A DNA stretch of 64,000 nt from positions 49-64,048 of the forward strand of contig CACNND010000002.1 of NCBI GenBank assembly GCA_902621725.1, given 5' to 3'. The translations under genes and the position numbers were made by a program. The stretch comes from an uncultured Alphaproteobacteria bacterium (GTDB lineage Bacteria; Pseudomonadota; Alphaproteobacteria; HIMB59; GCA-002718135). Below the pieces are notes generated by a model. It worked only from the letters and a program-made list of their open reading frames with translations. It was not told the DNA's origin and ran no database searches. Each line of letters begins with the position of its first letter. Positions within the stretch are counted from its first letter, which is position 1. Positions 1 to 11,479 of the stretch are shown here, piece by piece.

Positions 1-1365
1 ATCTACAACAACATCGACTTTAAATTTATTTCTAAATTCTGTTGCAAGTCTACAAACATGAACTACTGCTTCTGGGTCATCACCATTAACATGAAATATT
101 GGTGCCTGAACCATTTTTGCAATTTCTGTACAATAAGGGGCTGATCGTCCATACTGTGGCATTGTAGTAAAACCTATCTGATTGTTAATTACAAAGTGAA
201 TAGTACCACCAGTTTTAAACCCTCTTAATTGTGACATAGCAAATGTTTCAGCTACTACTCCTTGTCCAGCTATTGCTGCATCTCCATGAATTAATAAACC
301 TATCACTTTATCTGTTGTTTTATCTTTAGCTAAAGTTTGTTTAGCTCTTACTTTTCCTGCCACAACTGGGTTAACTGCTTCTAAATGAGAGGGGTTAGAA
401 GTGAGCGATAAATGAATTTTCTTGTTTTCAAACTCACGATCAGCAGAAACACCTAAATGATATTTTACATCACCCGAACCAAGTACCTCATTTGGGTCAT
501 TTAAAGAACCTTGGAATTTTGATAATATTTTTTTGTAAGGCATTTCTAAAACACTTGATAAAAGTGTTAGTCGACCTCGATGAGCTGTTCCAATAATAAT
601 ATCTTCAATTCCAGATAAACATGCCTGTTTAACAATTTGCTCTATACCTGGTATCATCGCTTCACCGCCTTCGATACCGTATCTCTTTGTACCTAAAAAC
701 TTTTTATCTAAAAACTGTTCAAATAGTTCTGATTCAACTAATCTTTTGTAGATTGCTTTTTTTCCTTCATTTGTAAAATTTGTTTTATTTCTTACTTCTT
801 CAATTCTTTCTTGCACCCATTGTTTTTGATCAGCTTGTTGTATATGTAAAAATTCAACACCAATTGAAGCAGAATAGGTTTCTTTTAATATTTTAATAAT
901 ATTTTTTAATTTACCCTTTTCTAAACCCAAACTTCCATCAATGAATATCTCTTTTTCTAAATCTGATTCATTGAAACCATAACTTTTATAATCTAATTCT
1001 TGAGAATACTCTCTTTCAGATATTCCTAGGGGGTCAAGATCTGCAATTAAATGTCCGTTAATTCTAAAAGCTCTAATTAATCTTAATGCTCTAATTGAAT
1101 CTAAAGTTGATATTCTAAATTCTTTAGAATTGTAATTCGCATTTGATTTTATAACCTTAGTTATGTAATTTTTATCAATTATACTTGATGGACGTTCTTT
1201 CCATTCTGGTCCTCCAAAATCTTTAAGAACAGAGTGGTCATCTTCATTTAAATTATTAAAAAAATCTTTCCAGGTTGTATCCACACTTTCAGGGTCATTT
1301 CTAAATTTAGAATACAGTTCGGCCACATATGGCGCATTGGCACTATTTAAGAAAGTATCATTCAT
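1..1365 (-). CDS. sucA: 2-oxoglutarate dehydrogenase E1 component, N-terminal 455 codons (3' end lies beyond the window start)
   Basis: My own minus-strand translation from the ATG at 1363-1365 reads MNDTFLNSANAPYVAELYSKFRNDPESVDTTW... and continues open to position 1. It contains AHRGRL and GDVKYHLG-type E1o motifs. It is absent from the ORF track because the window edge truncates it. It lies directly downstream of sucCD. Confidence 0.85.
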   Translation of the reverse strand, partial: MNDTFLNSANAPYVAELYSKFRNDPESVDTTWKDFFNNLNEDDHSVLKDFGGPEWKERPSSIIDKNYITKVIKSNANYNSKEFRISTLDSIRALRLIRAFRINGHLIADLDPLGISEREYSQELDYKSYGFNESDLEKEIFIDGSLGLEKGKLKNIIKILKETYSASIGVEFLHIQQADQKQWVQERIEEVRNKTNFTNEGKKAIYKRLVESELFEQFLDKKFLGTKRYGIEGGEAMIPGIEQIVKQACLSGIEDIIIGTAHRGRLTLLSSVLEMPYKKILSKFQGSLNDPNEVLGSGDVKYHLGVSADREFENKKIHLSLTSNPSHLEAVNPVVAGKVRAKQTLAKDKTTDKVIGLLIHGDAAIAGQGVVAETFAMSQLRGFKTGGTIHFVINNQIGFTTMPQYGRSAPYCTEIAKMVQAPIFHVNGDDPEAVVHVCRLATEFRNKFKVDVVVD

Positions 1366-1416
1366 AGATTTCTATTAAACTAAAACCATTTCGCATAACA
1401 ATCATACAAATGGAAA

Positions 1417-2301
1417 CTAATTATTCCCATTTTGCATTGCTAATTTCATAGTTTTTCCCAACGATGCTGGGGATTTTGACACCAAAACTCCAGCATTTTC
1501 TAAAGATTTAATTTTGGAATGTGCTGTACCTTTTGAGCCTGAAACGATAGCACCTGCATGACCCATACGTTTTCCTTTTGGTGCCGATTGTCCAGCTATA
1601 AATGCTGAAACTGGTTTTTTTCTTTTTGAATTTGAAATAAATTCTGCTGCGTTTTCTTCTTCCTCGCCACCAATTTCGCCAATCATTAAAATTCCCTCAG
1701 TCTCATCGTCTTCTAAAAATAACTTTAAACAATCTACAAAATCCATACCATGTATTGGATCTCCACCAATACCAACGCATGTTGATTGACCTAATCCTAC
1801 CTCTGTTGTCTGTGCAACAGCTTCATAAGTTAATGTTCCTGATCTACTTACTATTCCTATTTTGCCTTTTTTATGGATGAAGCCAGGCATGATTCCAATC
1901 TTGCATTCGGAAGGTGTGATTAACCCTGGACAGTTTGGTCCAATTAAATATGTTTTATTTTTAATAATTCTTTTTTTTATATCAATCATATCTAAGACTG
2001 GAATACCTTCTGTAATACACACAATTAATTCAATATTTGCATCTAAAGCCTCGTGGATTGCTTTGGCCGCAAACTTTGCAGGTACATAAATTACAGTTGC
2101 ATTTGCTTCAGTTTGTTTAACTGCATCAGCAACGGTATTAAACACAGGTAAATTTAAATGAGTTTGTCCTCCCTTTCCAGGTGTGACACCACCAACAAGA
2201 TTTGTCCCATATGCTATTGCTTGTTCAGAATGATAAGTTCCTTGTGAACCAGTAAAGCCTTGGCAAATAAGTCTTGTATTTTTATTAACTAAAATTGACA
2301 C
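1417..2301 (-). CDS. sucD: succinyl-CoA ligase alpha subunit
   Basis: 294 aa with [16 protein letters not shown], the SRSGTLTYE motif and the phospho-His region MGHAGAI. Overlaps the sucC stop by 1 nt. Confidence 0.95.
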   Translation of the reverse strand: MSILVNKNTRLICQGFTGSQGTYHSEQAIAYGTNLVGGVTPGKGGQTHLNLPVFNTVADAVKQTEANATVIYVPAKFAAKAIHEALDANIELIVCITEGIPVLDMIDIKKRIIKNKTYLIGPNCPGLITPSECKIGIMPGFIHKKGKIGIVSRSGTLTYEAVAQTTEVGLGQSTCVGIGGDPIHGMDFVDCLKLFLEDDETEGILMIGEIGGEEEENAAEFISNSKRKKPVSAFIAGQSAPKGKRMGHAGAIVSGSKGTAHSKIKSLENAGVLVSKSPASLGKTMKLAMQNGNN

Positions 2302-3485
2302 TATTCTGATAACTCCACAGCTTTCTGAGCTGCATTTGAAAAATCATCAATTGAAATTAATCCTAATGATGAATTATTTATAATATCTCTTCCTTCTTTG
2401 GAATTTGTTCCTTGAAAACGCACAACAACAGGAAGTTTAAAATCTAATTCTTTAATTGCATCAATGATGCCATTAGCAATCATATCACAATGGATAATTC
2501 CTCCAAAAATATTTATGAAGACTGATTTCACGTTTTTATCTGATTGAATGATCTTGAAAGCTTTAATGGCTCTTTCCTTATTTGCTGTACCCCCTAAATC
2601 TAAAAAGTTAGCTGGCTCCATTCCAAATTGTTTAATAATATCCATAGTTGCCATAGCTAGCCCAGCTCCGTTAACCATACAACCTATTTTTCCGTCCAGC
2701 TTTATGTAAACCATATCGTTTTCAGAAGCTTCAAGTTCTAATTCATTTTCTTCTGAAGTATCTTTTAATTTTTCAATGTCGACCTGTCTATACAGAGCAT
2801 TATCATCAATATTAATTTTAGCATCTAAAAGAATTAGTTTTTCATCTTTTGTCACAACAAGAGGATTAATTTCAATTAAAGAAGCATCTATTTCGACATA
2901 GGCCTTACATATATTTGAAACAATTTCTTTAAATTGGTTAAACTCATTGATAGAAAAGTTTAATTTATTTTGAAGACTATCACTAATTGTAAAATCTTCT
3001 AAGTTATCAAAATAAACATATTGAATTCTTTCTGGTGTTTTCTCAGCTACATCTTCTATGTCTACACCACCAGCATCAGATACCATCATCATTAATTTTG
3101 ATTGATTCCTATCAAGAAGAATACTTAAATAATATTCCCTATCAATTTCACACCCAGCTTCTAAATAAATTCTATTTACTAACTTTCCTTCATTACCTGT
3201 TTGTTTTGTAATCAATATGTTACCCATCATTCCTTTTGCAATTTCTTGTGCATCATCTATTGATTCTGTTATTTGCACTCCACCTTTTGTATTAAATGGT
3301 TTTAGAAATGTCCCTGCTCCTCTTCCTCCAGCATGTATCTGTGATTTAATAACCCAAGGTGGTCCTTTTATATTTTGTAGATCTTTTTCTAAATCATCAA
3401 CATTTTCTATGTAACTCCTTCCTTCAAGTATAGGTAGGTTGTACTTTCTTAGTAGATCTTTAGCTTGGTATTCATGCAAATTCAT
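2301..3485 (-). CDS. sucC: succinyl-CoA ligase beta subunit
   Basis: 394 aa with the [13 protein letters not shown]-terminus and an ATP-grasp domain, typical of SucC. Confidence 0.95.
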   Translation of the reverse strand: MNLHEYQAKDLLRKYNLPILEGRSYIENVDDLEKDLQNIKGPPWVIKSQIHAGGRGAGTFLKPFNTKGGVQITESIDDAQEIAKGMMGNILITKQTGNEGKLVNRIYLEAGCEIDREYYLSILLDRNQSKLMMMVSDAGGVDIEDVAEKTPERIQYVYFDNLEDFTISDSLQNKLNFSINEFNQFKEIVSNICKAYVEIDASLIEINPLVVTKDEKLILLDAKINIDDNALYRQVDIEKLKDTSEENELELEASENDMVYIKLDGKIGCMVNGAGLAMATMDIIKQFGMEPANFLDLGGTANKERAIKAFKIIQSDKNVKSVFINIFGGIIHCDMIANGIIDAIKELDFKLPVVVRFQGTNSKEGRDIINNSSLGLISIDDFSNAAQKAVELSE

Positions 3486-3526
3486 TTTGATAAAAAGGTA
3501 ATAGTTAGATTAGATGAAAAATACAA

Positions 3527-4489
<963 letters not shown>

Positions 4490-4507
4490 TTAAGTTTTAT
4501 ACTTTAA

Positions 4508-5296
4508 TTACAATTCTGTAACAATAGCCTTTTTAAGTCCAGCAATTTCTTTGGCTGGATTAAGACCTTTAGGACAAGACCTAGTACAATTCATTATTGA
4601 ATGACATCTATAAAGTTTTAATGAATCATTTATTGCTTTTAATCTCTCTTTTCTTTCTGAATCTCTAGAGTCACTTACCCATCTTGCTGCTTGTAAAAGG
4701 ACTGCAGGTCCCAAATATTCATCTCCATTCCACCAATAACTTGGACAAGAAGTAGTACAACAAAAACATAATACACACTCCCATTTACCATCTAGTTTTT
4801 CTCTATCTTTTGGTGATTGTTTTTTTTCGTCTTCTGAGTTTTTTTCTTCATTTGTTTTTTCACGCTGCAACCAAGGTTTAATGGAAGCCAGTTGCTCATA
4901 AGCCTTACTAAGATCTGGAACTAAATCTTTTACTACACGCATATGTGGAAGAGGGTAAATTTTTATTTCATTCTTAACATCTGACATACTTTTCAAACAT
5001 GCTAATGTGTTGACACCATCAATATTCATAGCACAGGAACCACAAACTCCTTCTCTACAAGATCTTCTAAATGTTAAAGTTGGATCAATTTCGTTTTTTA
5101 TTTTCATAAGTGCGTCTAATACCATTGGTCCACACTTTTCTTGATCTATCTCATAATTATCTATCCTAGGATTTTTATCATCTTCGGGATCCCATCTGTA
5201 GATTGCAAGTTTCTTTGGATTGTTTGCAGGTTCTTTTAGTTGGTGAGTTTTCCCTTTAGTTATTTTTGAATTTGCAGGAAGTGTAAACTGAGCCAT
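4508..5296 (-). CDS. sdhB: succinate dehydrogenase iron-sulfur subunit
   Basis: 262 aa with [12 protein letters not shown], CxxCxxCxxxCP-like and CxxxxxCxxxCP cysteine clusters. Confidence 0.95.
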   Translation of the reverse strand: MAQFTLPANSKITKGKTHQLKEPANNPKKLAIYRWDPEDDKNPRIDNYEIDQEKCGPMVLDALMKIKNEIDPTLTFRRSCREGVCGSCAMNIDGVNTLACLKSMSDVKNEIKIYPLPHMRVVKDLVPDLSKAYEQLASIKPWLQREKTNEEKNSEDEKKQSPKDREKLDGKWECVLCFCCTTSCPSYWWNGDEYLGPAVLLQAARWVSDSRDSERKERLKAINDSLKLYRCHSIMNCTRSCPKGLNPAKEIAGLKKAIVTEL

Positions 5297-7089
5297 TAGT
5301 AAACTCTTTTTTTAGGTGGTATTGGTTGAACATGATTAGTTAGGGTATTCATATGAACACCTCTGGAACCCATTCTCACATCTCCGTTATCGTTTAACCA
5401 GGCTAAAGAGTGAACTAACCAATTATTATCATCTCTTTCTTTATAATCTTCTCTTGCATGTGCGCCTCTACTTTCAGTTCGATTTAACGCAGAATGAAGA
5501 GTAACTTTTGATTGTACCATTAAATTGTGTAACTCTAAAGCTTCGACCAAGTCCGTATTAAAAATTAATGATTTGTCTTTAATATCTATGTCATCCATTG
5601 AGCTTTCAACTTTTGAATATTCTTCAATACCTTTTGATATGAGATCATGTGTTCTAAATACTGCGCATTTTTGCTGCATTATATGTTGCATGGAAGTACG
5701 AAGCTCTCCAGTTGTAGAGTTTCCTTTGCTGTTTCTAATCTTATCAAATCGCTCAATAATATTATCTGTTTTTGATTGATTAATTTCAATTTTTTTAGAA
5801 TTTGGTTTTACTTTTTCTTTACATGTTAGACTAGCTGCTTTGCCAAAAACAACAAGATCGATTAATGAATTTGTTCCTAATCTATTAGCACCGTGTACAG
5901 AAACACATGCAGCTTCACCAACAGCCATTAAACCTTCACATACATTATCTGGATTTTCATTTGTTGGCCTTAGAACTTCTGTTCTATAATTTGTCGGTAT
6001 ACCACCCATATTATAATGAACTGTTGGAAGAACTGGTATTGGATCTTTAGTTAGATCAACTCCAGCAAATATTTTTGCAGTTTCTGAAATACCAGGTAAT
6101 CTTTTATGTAATGTATCAGCATCAATGTGCTCAAGATGAAGGAGCACATGATCGGCATTATCTCCACAACCTCTATTTTCACTAATTTCAATAGTCATTG
6201 CTCGACTTACTACATCCCTTGATGCTAGATCTTTTGCATTTGGAGCATATCTTTCCATAAATCTTTCACCATCACTATTAGTTAAATATCCACCTTCTCC
6301 TCTTGCTCCCTCAGTGATTAACACTCCTGCACCGTAAACACCAGTTGGATGAAACTGAATAAATTCCATATCAGAAAGAGGCAAGTTCTGTCTTAAAGCC
6401 ATTGCACTACCGTCACCAGTACAAATGTGAGCGCTCGTGGATGAAAAATAAGCTCTTCCATATCCACCAGTAGCTAGAATTGTTTGATGAGATAAAAACC
6501 GATGGATTGATCCATCCTCTAAGCACCATGTTACCACACCAATGCAATTACCTTGATCATCAGAAATTAAATCTAAAACAAAATATTCAATATAAAATTC
6601 TACATTATTTTTAAGTGATTGCTGATAAAGTGTATGGAGTAAAGCATGTCCCGTTCTATCAGCTGCTGCACAAGCTCTCATAGCAGGAGCTCCCTCGCCA
6701 TTATTGGTTAAGTGTCCACCAAAAGGTCTTTGATAGATCTTGCCATCATCTGTTCTACTAAAAGGCATGCCATATTCTTCAAGTTCAATTACTGCTTCAG
6801 GGGCTTTAGAACATAAGTATTCAATTGCATCTTGATCACCAAGCCAGTCGGAACCCTTAACTGTATCATACATGTGCCACTTCCAATTATCTTCACCCAT
6901 ATTACCTAAAGCTGCTCCAATTCCACCTTGTGCTGCAACAGTATGACTTCTTGTCGGAAACACTTTTGATATACAGGCTGTTTTTAATCCAGCTTCAGCA
7001 CACCCAAGCGTAGCTCTCAGTCCTGATCCTCCAGCTCCAACAACTACAACGTCATAGTGGTGATCAATAATTTTGTACGAATTAGTCAT
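5296..7089 (-). CDS. sdhA: succinate dehydrogenase flavoprotein subunit
   Basis: 597 aa with the [12 protein letters not shown] fold and [10 protein letters not shown] (covalent FAD histidine). Confidence 0.95.
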   Translation of the reverse strand: MTNSYKIIDHHYDVVVVGAGGSGLRATLGCAEAGLKTACISKVFPTRSHTVAAQGGIGAALGNMGEDNWKWHMYDTVKGSDWLGDQDAIEYLCSKAPEAVIELEEYGMPFSRTDDGKIYQRPFGGHLTNNGEGAPAMRACAAADRTGHALLHTLYQQSLKNNVEFYIEYFVLDLISDDQGNCIGVVTWCLEDGSIHRFLSHQTILATGGYGRAYFSSTSAHICTGDGSAMALRQNLPLSDMEFIQFHPTGVYGAGVLITEGARGEGGYLTNSDGERFMERYAPNAKDLASRDVVSRAMTIEISENRGCGDNADHVLLHLEHIDADTLHKRLPGISETAKIFAGVDLTKDPIPVLPTVHYNMGGIPTNYRTEVLRPTNENPDNVCEGLMAVGEAACVSVHGANRLGTNSLIDLVVFGKAASLTCKEKVKPNSKKIEINQSKTDNIIERFDKIRNSKGNSTTGELRTSMQHIMQQKCAVFRTHDLISKGIEEYSKVESSMDDIDIKDKSLIFNTDLVEALELHNLMVQSKVTLHSALNRTESRGAHAREDYKERDDNNWLVHSLAWLNDNGDVRMGSRGVHMNTLTNHVQPIPPKKRVY

Positions 7090-7419
7090 CTAAAAAACCA
7101 TTCTCACTAAATTAAAAGTAATTAAAATCATGATAGAATATATAAGATAATTTATTGATACTTTAATGAATTTGGCTGTTTTTTTCGATGTGACATAATC
7201 TTCAATAATTGTTTGCAGTCCTAATTTTGAATGAAGAAGCATAGATTGCATCATCACAAAAAATAAGAATGCATTAAAATAGGATTGAAAAAAAATTTCT
7301 ATTTCAGAATACGTCATCTTTGATAATGATATTGCAGAATATATAAACCAAAACGTCAATGGTATTAAAATTGAAGCAGTAATTCTTTGGGTTAACCATT
7401 TAAGAGCATAATTTTTCAT
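7090..7419 (-). CDS. sdhD: succinate dehydrogenase membrane anchor subunit
   Basis: 109 aa with three hydrophobic helices. It sits between sdhC and sdhA and overlaps sdhC by 4 nt. Confidence 0.8.
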   Translation of the reverse strand: MKNYALKWLTQRITASILIPLTFWFIYSAISLSKMTYSEIEIFFQSYFNAFLFFVMMQSMLLHSKLGLQTIIEDYVTSKKTAKFIKVSINYLIYSIMILITFNLVRMVF

Positions 7420-7796
7420 GCAAAATACCAGACAACTAAACTAGAAATTAAAGTTAAACATATAACAGCATAACCAGATTTATATACTTGAGATAATTCC
7501 ATTCCAATACCGAATGACCAATATAATTTTCTGCATCCATTAAATAAATGGTAAAAAATACCGACAGTCCAAATCATTAGAGCTAGTTTAAACAAAATAC
7601 TCTTAGAAAGACTTTCAAAATAAATATAAAATTCAGGACCAAAACTAATCAAAAAAAACCAAATTGAAATTAATAGTGCGCCCACACTTAATCCTATTCC
7701 AGATATCCTGTGAAAAATTGAAAATACTGCTGTCAGTACTCTTTTGTGAATAGATAGGTGAGGTGATAATGGTCTATTATCAGTCATTTTTTTCAT
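7416..7796 (-). CDS. sdhC: succinate dehydrogenase cytochrome b556 subunit
   Basis: 126 aa with RPLSPHLSIHK, the typical SdhC N-terminus, and three TM helices. Confidence 0.85.
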   Translation of the reverse strand: MKKMTDNRPLSPHLSIHKRVLTAVFSIFHRISGIGLSVGALLISIWFFLISFGPEFYIYFESLSKSILFKLALMIWTVGIFYHLFNGCRKLYWSFGIGMELSQVYKSGYAVICLTLISSLVVWYFA

Positions 7797-7984
7797 ATTT
7801 TTTATGTTTCATAAGTAAGTATTTTTCCTTAAATTTCAAAATATTAATGGTTTAGTTATTTTTTCTTACTATCATGGAAGTTTGTAAAATGTTGATAAAA
7901 AGTGCTAAATTTTATGAAAATGGACGAAATTTTATGCCAAATTTAACTAAAAATCTTGAATTTTAATTTGATAGATATTACTCT

Positions 7985-8131
7985 TCATAAGCCGGATAAT
8001 ACTCGTTTCTTAGCTTCGGAGGAACGCCAAGAATTTTTAATTATCTTACCCGCCGTTTGATAATTAGTTGAGTTTCTTATTCTAGAGAGGTGTCTGCCAA
8101 GGTACAAACTAGTTTTAGAGTCCGGCCTACC
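7985..8131 (-). ncRNA. candidate structured RNA, unclassified, between the hydrolase stop codon and sdhC
   Basis: A GC-enriched island in an otherwise very AT-rich 330-bp spacer. A closing helix pairs 7989-7996 with 8121-8128. A hairpin pairs 8007-8014 with 8026-8033 around an 11-nt loop. Each helix has one G-U pair when read on the minus strand, which becomes an A-C mismatch on the plus strand, so the minus strand is the likelier transcript. Confidence 0.35.
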
Positions 8132-9116
8132 TTAAATTTTTATTAAAAAATTCTTCCATCTTTTTAGAATATAGTTCTGGAAATTTAAACATAGCATCAA
8201 CATGATAAGAGTTTTCAACTAACCAAAACTCAGCATTAATTTTATTTTGATTTGTATATTCTTTAAAATAATTAAAATGTCTTGTTAAGATTCTTGTATC
8301 AGAGTCTCCATGAGTAAAAAAATAGTATTGTTTCTTTGATAATTTTTTAGCTGGAGATAATTCTCTCGGATCTATTCCAGTTAAGATTTTTCCAGCTAAA
8401 CTTACAGCCGGTCCAAATTCAATGGCTAGACCATATCTTGCTATTTCATCTTTTAAAATCATATTAAATTCAGCAAGTGAACTATCGGCCCATACAGCCA
8501 GTATTTCTGGTTCTGCATTAGCTGCAAAAATAGATGTACTTGCACCAAGAGATATTCCATGTAATCCAATACTATTAGACTTGAAACCAATTTCTTTTAA
8601 AAAGTCAAACGCACCAAGAATATCATTATACGACTTTAATCCTAAATCATCGTAACTACTCACAGTATCACTTTGGCCATAATTTCTTAAATCTATAGTA
8701 AGCACATTAAATTTTTTATTAACTAAAAAACTTGCAATTAGATTAGGTTCAGACTTACATTTACCATTTGGACTTATGCCATGCGTTACAATTATAATTG
8801 GTCTATTTGGAAAATAGTTAAACAGCCATCCATTAATCTTGATGTCAGAGTCACGAGATTGAAAATATACATCTTGCCATTCATTTAAATAATAGTCTTT
8901 AAAGTTAAAATTTTCTCTTACTTTTTGTCGTGCAAGAATTAAATATTCATGAGAGTCAACTGTTGTGCTCCATGAATTAGGAAGAGATCCTTCGTGCAAA
9001 CCACAAGTTGGATCTATTTTTAAAATTTGATAAGCAACATAAAAACCTGCAGTAAAATAAACTACTATTAATAAAACTACTGTACTTACTAAAAACCTGA
9101 TTATGTATTTCATCAA
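8127..9116 (-). CDS. membrane-anchored alpha/beta-fold hydrolase
   Basis: 329 aa with an N-terminal TM helix, the nucleophile elbow GISLGAS (GxSxG), an HG oxyanion motif (VTHGISPNG) and a C-terminal D...H. Confidence 0.7.
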   Translation of the reverse strand: MMKYIIRFLVSTVVLLIVVYFTAGFYVAYQILKIDPTCGLHEGSLPNSWSTTVDSHEYLILARQKVRENFNFKDYYLNEWQDVYFQSRDSDIKINGWLFNYFPNRPIIIVTHGISPNGKCKSEPNLIASFLVNKKFNVLTIDLRNYGQSDTVSSYDDLGLKSYNDILGAFDFLKEIGFKSNSIGLHGISLGASTSIFAANAEPEILAVWADSSLAEFNMILKDEIARYGLAIEFGPAVSLAGKILTGIDPRELSPAKKLSKKQYYFFTHGDSDTRILTRHFNYFKEYTNQNKINAEFWLVENSYHVDAMFKFPELYSKKMEEFFNKNLR

Positions 9117-10147
9117 TCTGGTTTTACTATAGTCATTTCATACAATCTGCTAGCAGTTCTTTTAAATTCTTCTTCTAGAGTAATAATATTATTTAAAGAA
9201 TTTATAGGTTTTGAAGCTAAAATTACAATTGAACAATTATTTTCATATAACATATCAATTAATCCAATAAATCTTCTGCATGAGTCTTTTTTTTGATTAT
9301 CAAATTCAGGAACATTTTTTAAAAATACCAACTTAAATTTATCTGCAATATTTTTGTAATCTTCATTACCTAGATTTACCTCACAAAGATTTTGAAAATC
9401 TATCATCATTAGATTTGATGTACATTTATCAAACTCTATTTCACGACTTTTAGATTTAATTTTTATAGTTGTTAAATGAGAGGGATCAACAAAACGATTA
9501 AATAATTTTTCAAATTCACTTGTTGTATCAGTTGTTATAGGTGTGAAATATGTCTTTGATTGATTTAACGTTTGTCGACGAAAATCAGTTTTAATACTAA
9601 TATCATAAAGGAAAAAATTTTCTTTAATTAAATCAATAAATGGTAGAAAATCATTTCTTTGTAAACCATCTTTATATAAATCATCTGGATGAAAATTTGA
9701 TGAAAGTAATATAAATATTTTATACTTTGAAAAATAATTAAATATTTTTTTAATGATCAATGCGTCAACAATATTAAAAATATGTAACTCATCAATAAAT
9801 ATTATTTTGAAATCTCTGCTTAAATTCTTAACATAATTTTCAATTGCAAGCTCTTTATTATCTGAAGTTTTTACCTGATCATGAATTTCATTCATCAAGT
9901 TGTTAAAATGAATTTTTTTTCCAATTTTGCTATTTTGATAAAACAAATTTAATAAAAATGTTTTTCCCGTTCCTACTTGGCCATAAAGATAAATTCCTTC
10001 AAAAATTTTATCTTTAAAAAAAAGCTTAGTTTTACTAAAAGAAGACCATACATTATTAGCTTTTTTTAAAAATTCAATTTGATCAACATTCTTTTTAATA
10101 AAATTATTTTCTACAAAACTATTGTATTGGTCGATAACATTAAACAT
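9113..10147 (-). CDS. zapE: AFG1/ZapE-family ATPase
   Basis: 344 aa with Walker A GQVGTGKTFL and Walker B IIFIDELH. The length and layout match AFG1-like ATPases. Confidence 0.85.
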   Translation of the reverse strand: MFNVIDQYNSFVENNFIKKNVDQIEFLKKANNVWSSFSKTKLFFKDKIFEGIYLYGQVGTGKTFLLNLFYQNSKIGKKIHFNNLMNEIHDQVKTSDNKELAIENYVKNLSRDFKIIFIDELHIFNIVDALIIKKIFNYFSKYKIFILLSSNFHPDDLYKDGLQRNDFLPFIDLIKENFFLYDISIKTDFRRQTLNQSKTYFTPITTDTTSEFEKLFNRFVDPSHLTTIKIKSKSREIEFDKCTSNLMMIDFQNLCEVNLGNEDYKNIADKFKLVFLKNVPEFDNQKKDSCRRFIGLIDMLYENNCSIVILASKPINSLNNIITLEEEFKRTASRLYEMTIVKPD

Positions 10148-10272
10148 TATTTTTTACCTAAATATTGTTCTAATTTTTTGAATGTCTCAAGTTCAGCGCT
10201 TGTAAGTTTATTTTTTTCTTTTTTCTTTTTCAAACGCTTATATTCTTCTATAAGATAATTTAAACTTTCCAT
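10147..10272 (-). CDS. 41-aa charged micro-ORF (MESLNYLIEEYKRLKKKKEKNKLTSAELETFKKLEQYLGKK)
   Basis: My own translation; it falls below the ORF-track length cutoff. It fills the spacer between the MFS gene and zapE. Its TAA stop overlaps the zapE ATG as TAATG, which suggests translational coupling. Confidence 0.3.
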   Translation of the reverse strand: MESLNYLIEEYKRLKKKKEKNKLTSAELETFKKLEQYLGKK

Positions 10273-10279
10273 TATTTTT

Positions 10280-11473
10280 TTACTCATGCTTATAAACTAT
10301 AGGTAAAACTGCAGATACAATAATCATAATTGAGCTAATTAAAAAGATTGCTACTATTCCAAAGCCCCAATCTATTGCATATCCAAAAATTACTGGAGAT
10401 AAAGCACTAGCAAATACTCCAACCCCATGAAGTAATGCCTTCGCAGTACCAATACTTTTTACTCCATAAATTTCTGCCCAAAGAGAACCCATAAAGGGGG
10501 CAGATAAACCAAGGTTAAAACCAAAAAGTGACATATAAATTACAAATGCAAAATAACTATCAAAAAAGAAGAGAATAAAAACACTAATAAGTAAAGGTAC
10601 TAAAACAAATGGTATTGCTCTTTTAGTATTTATTTTGTCAATCAAAGGGCCGCCAATTATCAATCCAAAAATTGAACACAAACCAAATATTAAATATCCA
10701 TCTCCAAGCATTTCTATTGACCATCCTTTAGAGTCAAAAATAAAAATCTGATGAAAAATTAAACCAGTTCCAATAAATGGAGAACTTAAAGCTAAAGGAA
10801 AATAAATGAAAAAAATTCTATCAGTAAGGATTTGAGTAATTGTCCAGTGCTTGTGTACTTGTTTATCTTTTATATTTTTTAGAAGAGTCAAATCTCTTTT
10901 CTTTTGATCAAAAAGTAAAATAGACACGAAAGGTATTAACAAAAGCAAGCTTAAAGCTGAATAGAACCATATACTTTTGAAATCTAAAAAAGTTTGTAAA
11001 CTAACCACTAATTTAGGTATAAGCATTATTCCTAACATTCCCCCTAAAGTAGCTACAGATATTGCTTTACCTCTATCAAGAGAAAAATATCTCGCCATAG
11101 ATGTAGAACCTGCATGTGTCATTGCACCCTGCCCGAAAAATCTCAGTAAAAATATAATTATAAAAAGATGAATAATATTATCAAAAATAAAATTAAAACC
11201 AATGCATGCTAAAGCTAAACCAATTATTATCAAAGTGGAATAAATTCTTAATTCAATTTTATCTATTAGTTTAGCAAAATTAATAAATAAAAATGAACTA
11301 ACCAGTGTTGCTAAAGCATATACAAATCCAAATTGACCATCAGTTAAATTATAAAAATTACGGATGTCTTCATTGAATAGCGCGATATAAAAAGTTTGCC
11401 CATAACTTCCAAAAAATACAATTACAAAACCATAAATTAATAGATAAGGGTCATGAAAAAAAAATCTTTTCAT
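10280..11473 (-). CDS. MFS-type transporter
   Basis: 397 aa with about 12 predicted hydrophobic helices split by a central charged loop (QKKRDLTLLKNIKDKQ). Confidence 0.75.
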   Translation of the reverse strand: MKRFFFHDPYLLIYGFVIVFFGSYGQTFYIALFNEDIRNFYNLTDGQFGFVYALATLVSSFLFINFAKLIDKIELRIYSTLIIIGLALACIGFNFIFDNIIHLFIIIFLLRFFGQGAMTHAGSTSMARYFSLDRGKAISVATLGGMLGIMLIPKLVVSLQTFLDFKSIWFYSALSLLLLIPFVSILLFDQKKRDLTLLKNIKDKQVHKHWTITQILTDRIFFIYFPLALSSPFIGTGLIFHQIFIFDSKGWSIEMLGDGYLIFGLCSIFGLIIGGPLIDKINTKRAIPFVLVPLLISVFILFFFDSYFAFVIYMSLFGFNLGLSAPFMGSLWAEIYGVKSIGTAKALLHGVGVFASALSPVIFGYAIDWGFGIVAIFLISSIMIIVSAVLPIVYKHE

Positions 11474-11479
11474 ATATTC

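Noticed and set aside
7890-7967. A short plus-strand ORF (MLIKSAKFYENGRNFMPNLTKNLEF) in the sdhC upstream spacer.
   Set aside because: It is 25 aa with no SD, lies in AT-rich sequence where such ORFs arise by chance, and has no coupling to any gene.
8007-8040. Reading the hairpin plus TTTTT as a plus-strand rho-independent terminator.
   Set aside because: No plus-strand gene lies upstream. The stem is weak and has an A-C mismatch on that strand, while both helices of the element favour the minus strand.
7985-8131. Identification of the structured element as SRP (4.5S) RNA, RNase P RNA, tmRNA, 6S RNA or a glycine riboswitch.
   Set aside because: - It has no AGCAGCC/GGAA domain-IV motif.
- It is too short for RNase P and lacks GGAAAGUCCGG, and the flanking sequence is AT-rich.
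- There is no T-arm or CCA.
- It has no central-bubble architecture.
- The CCGAAG segment only loosely resembles ACCGAAGG of glycine aptamers.

The element is therefore left unclassified.
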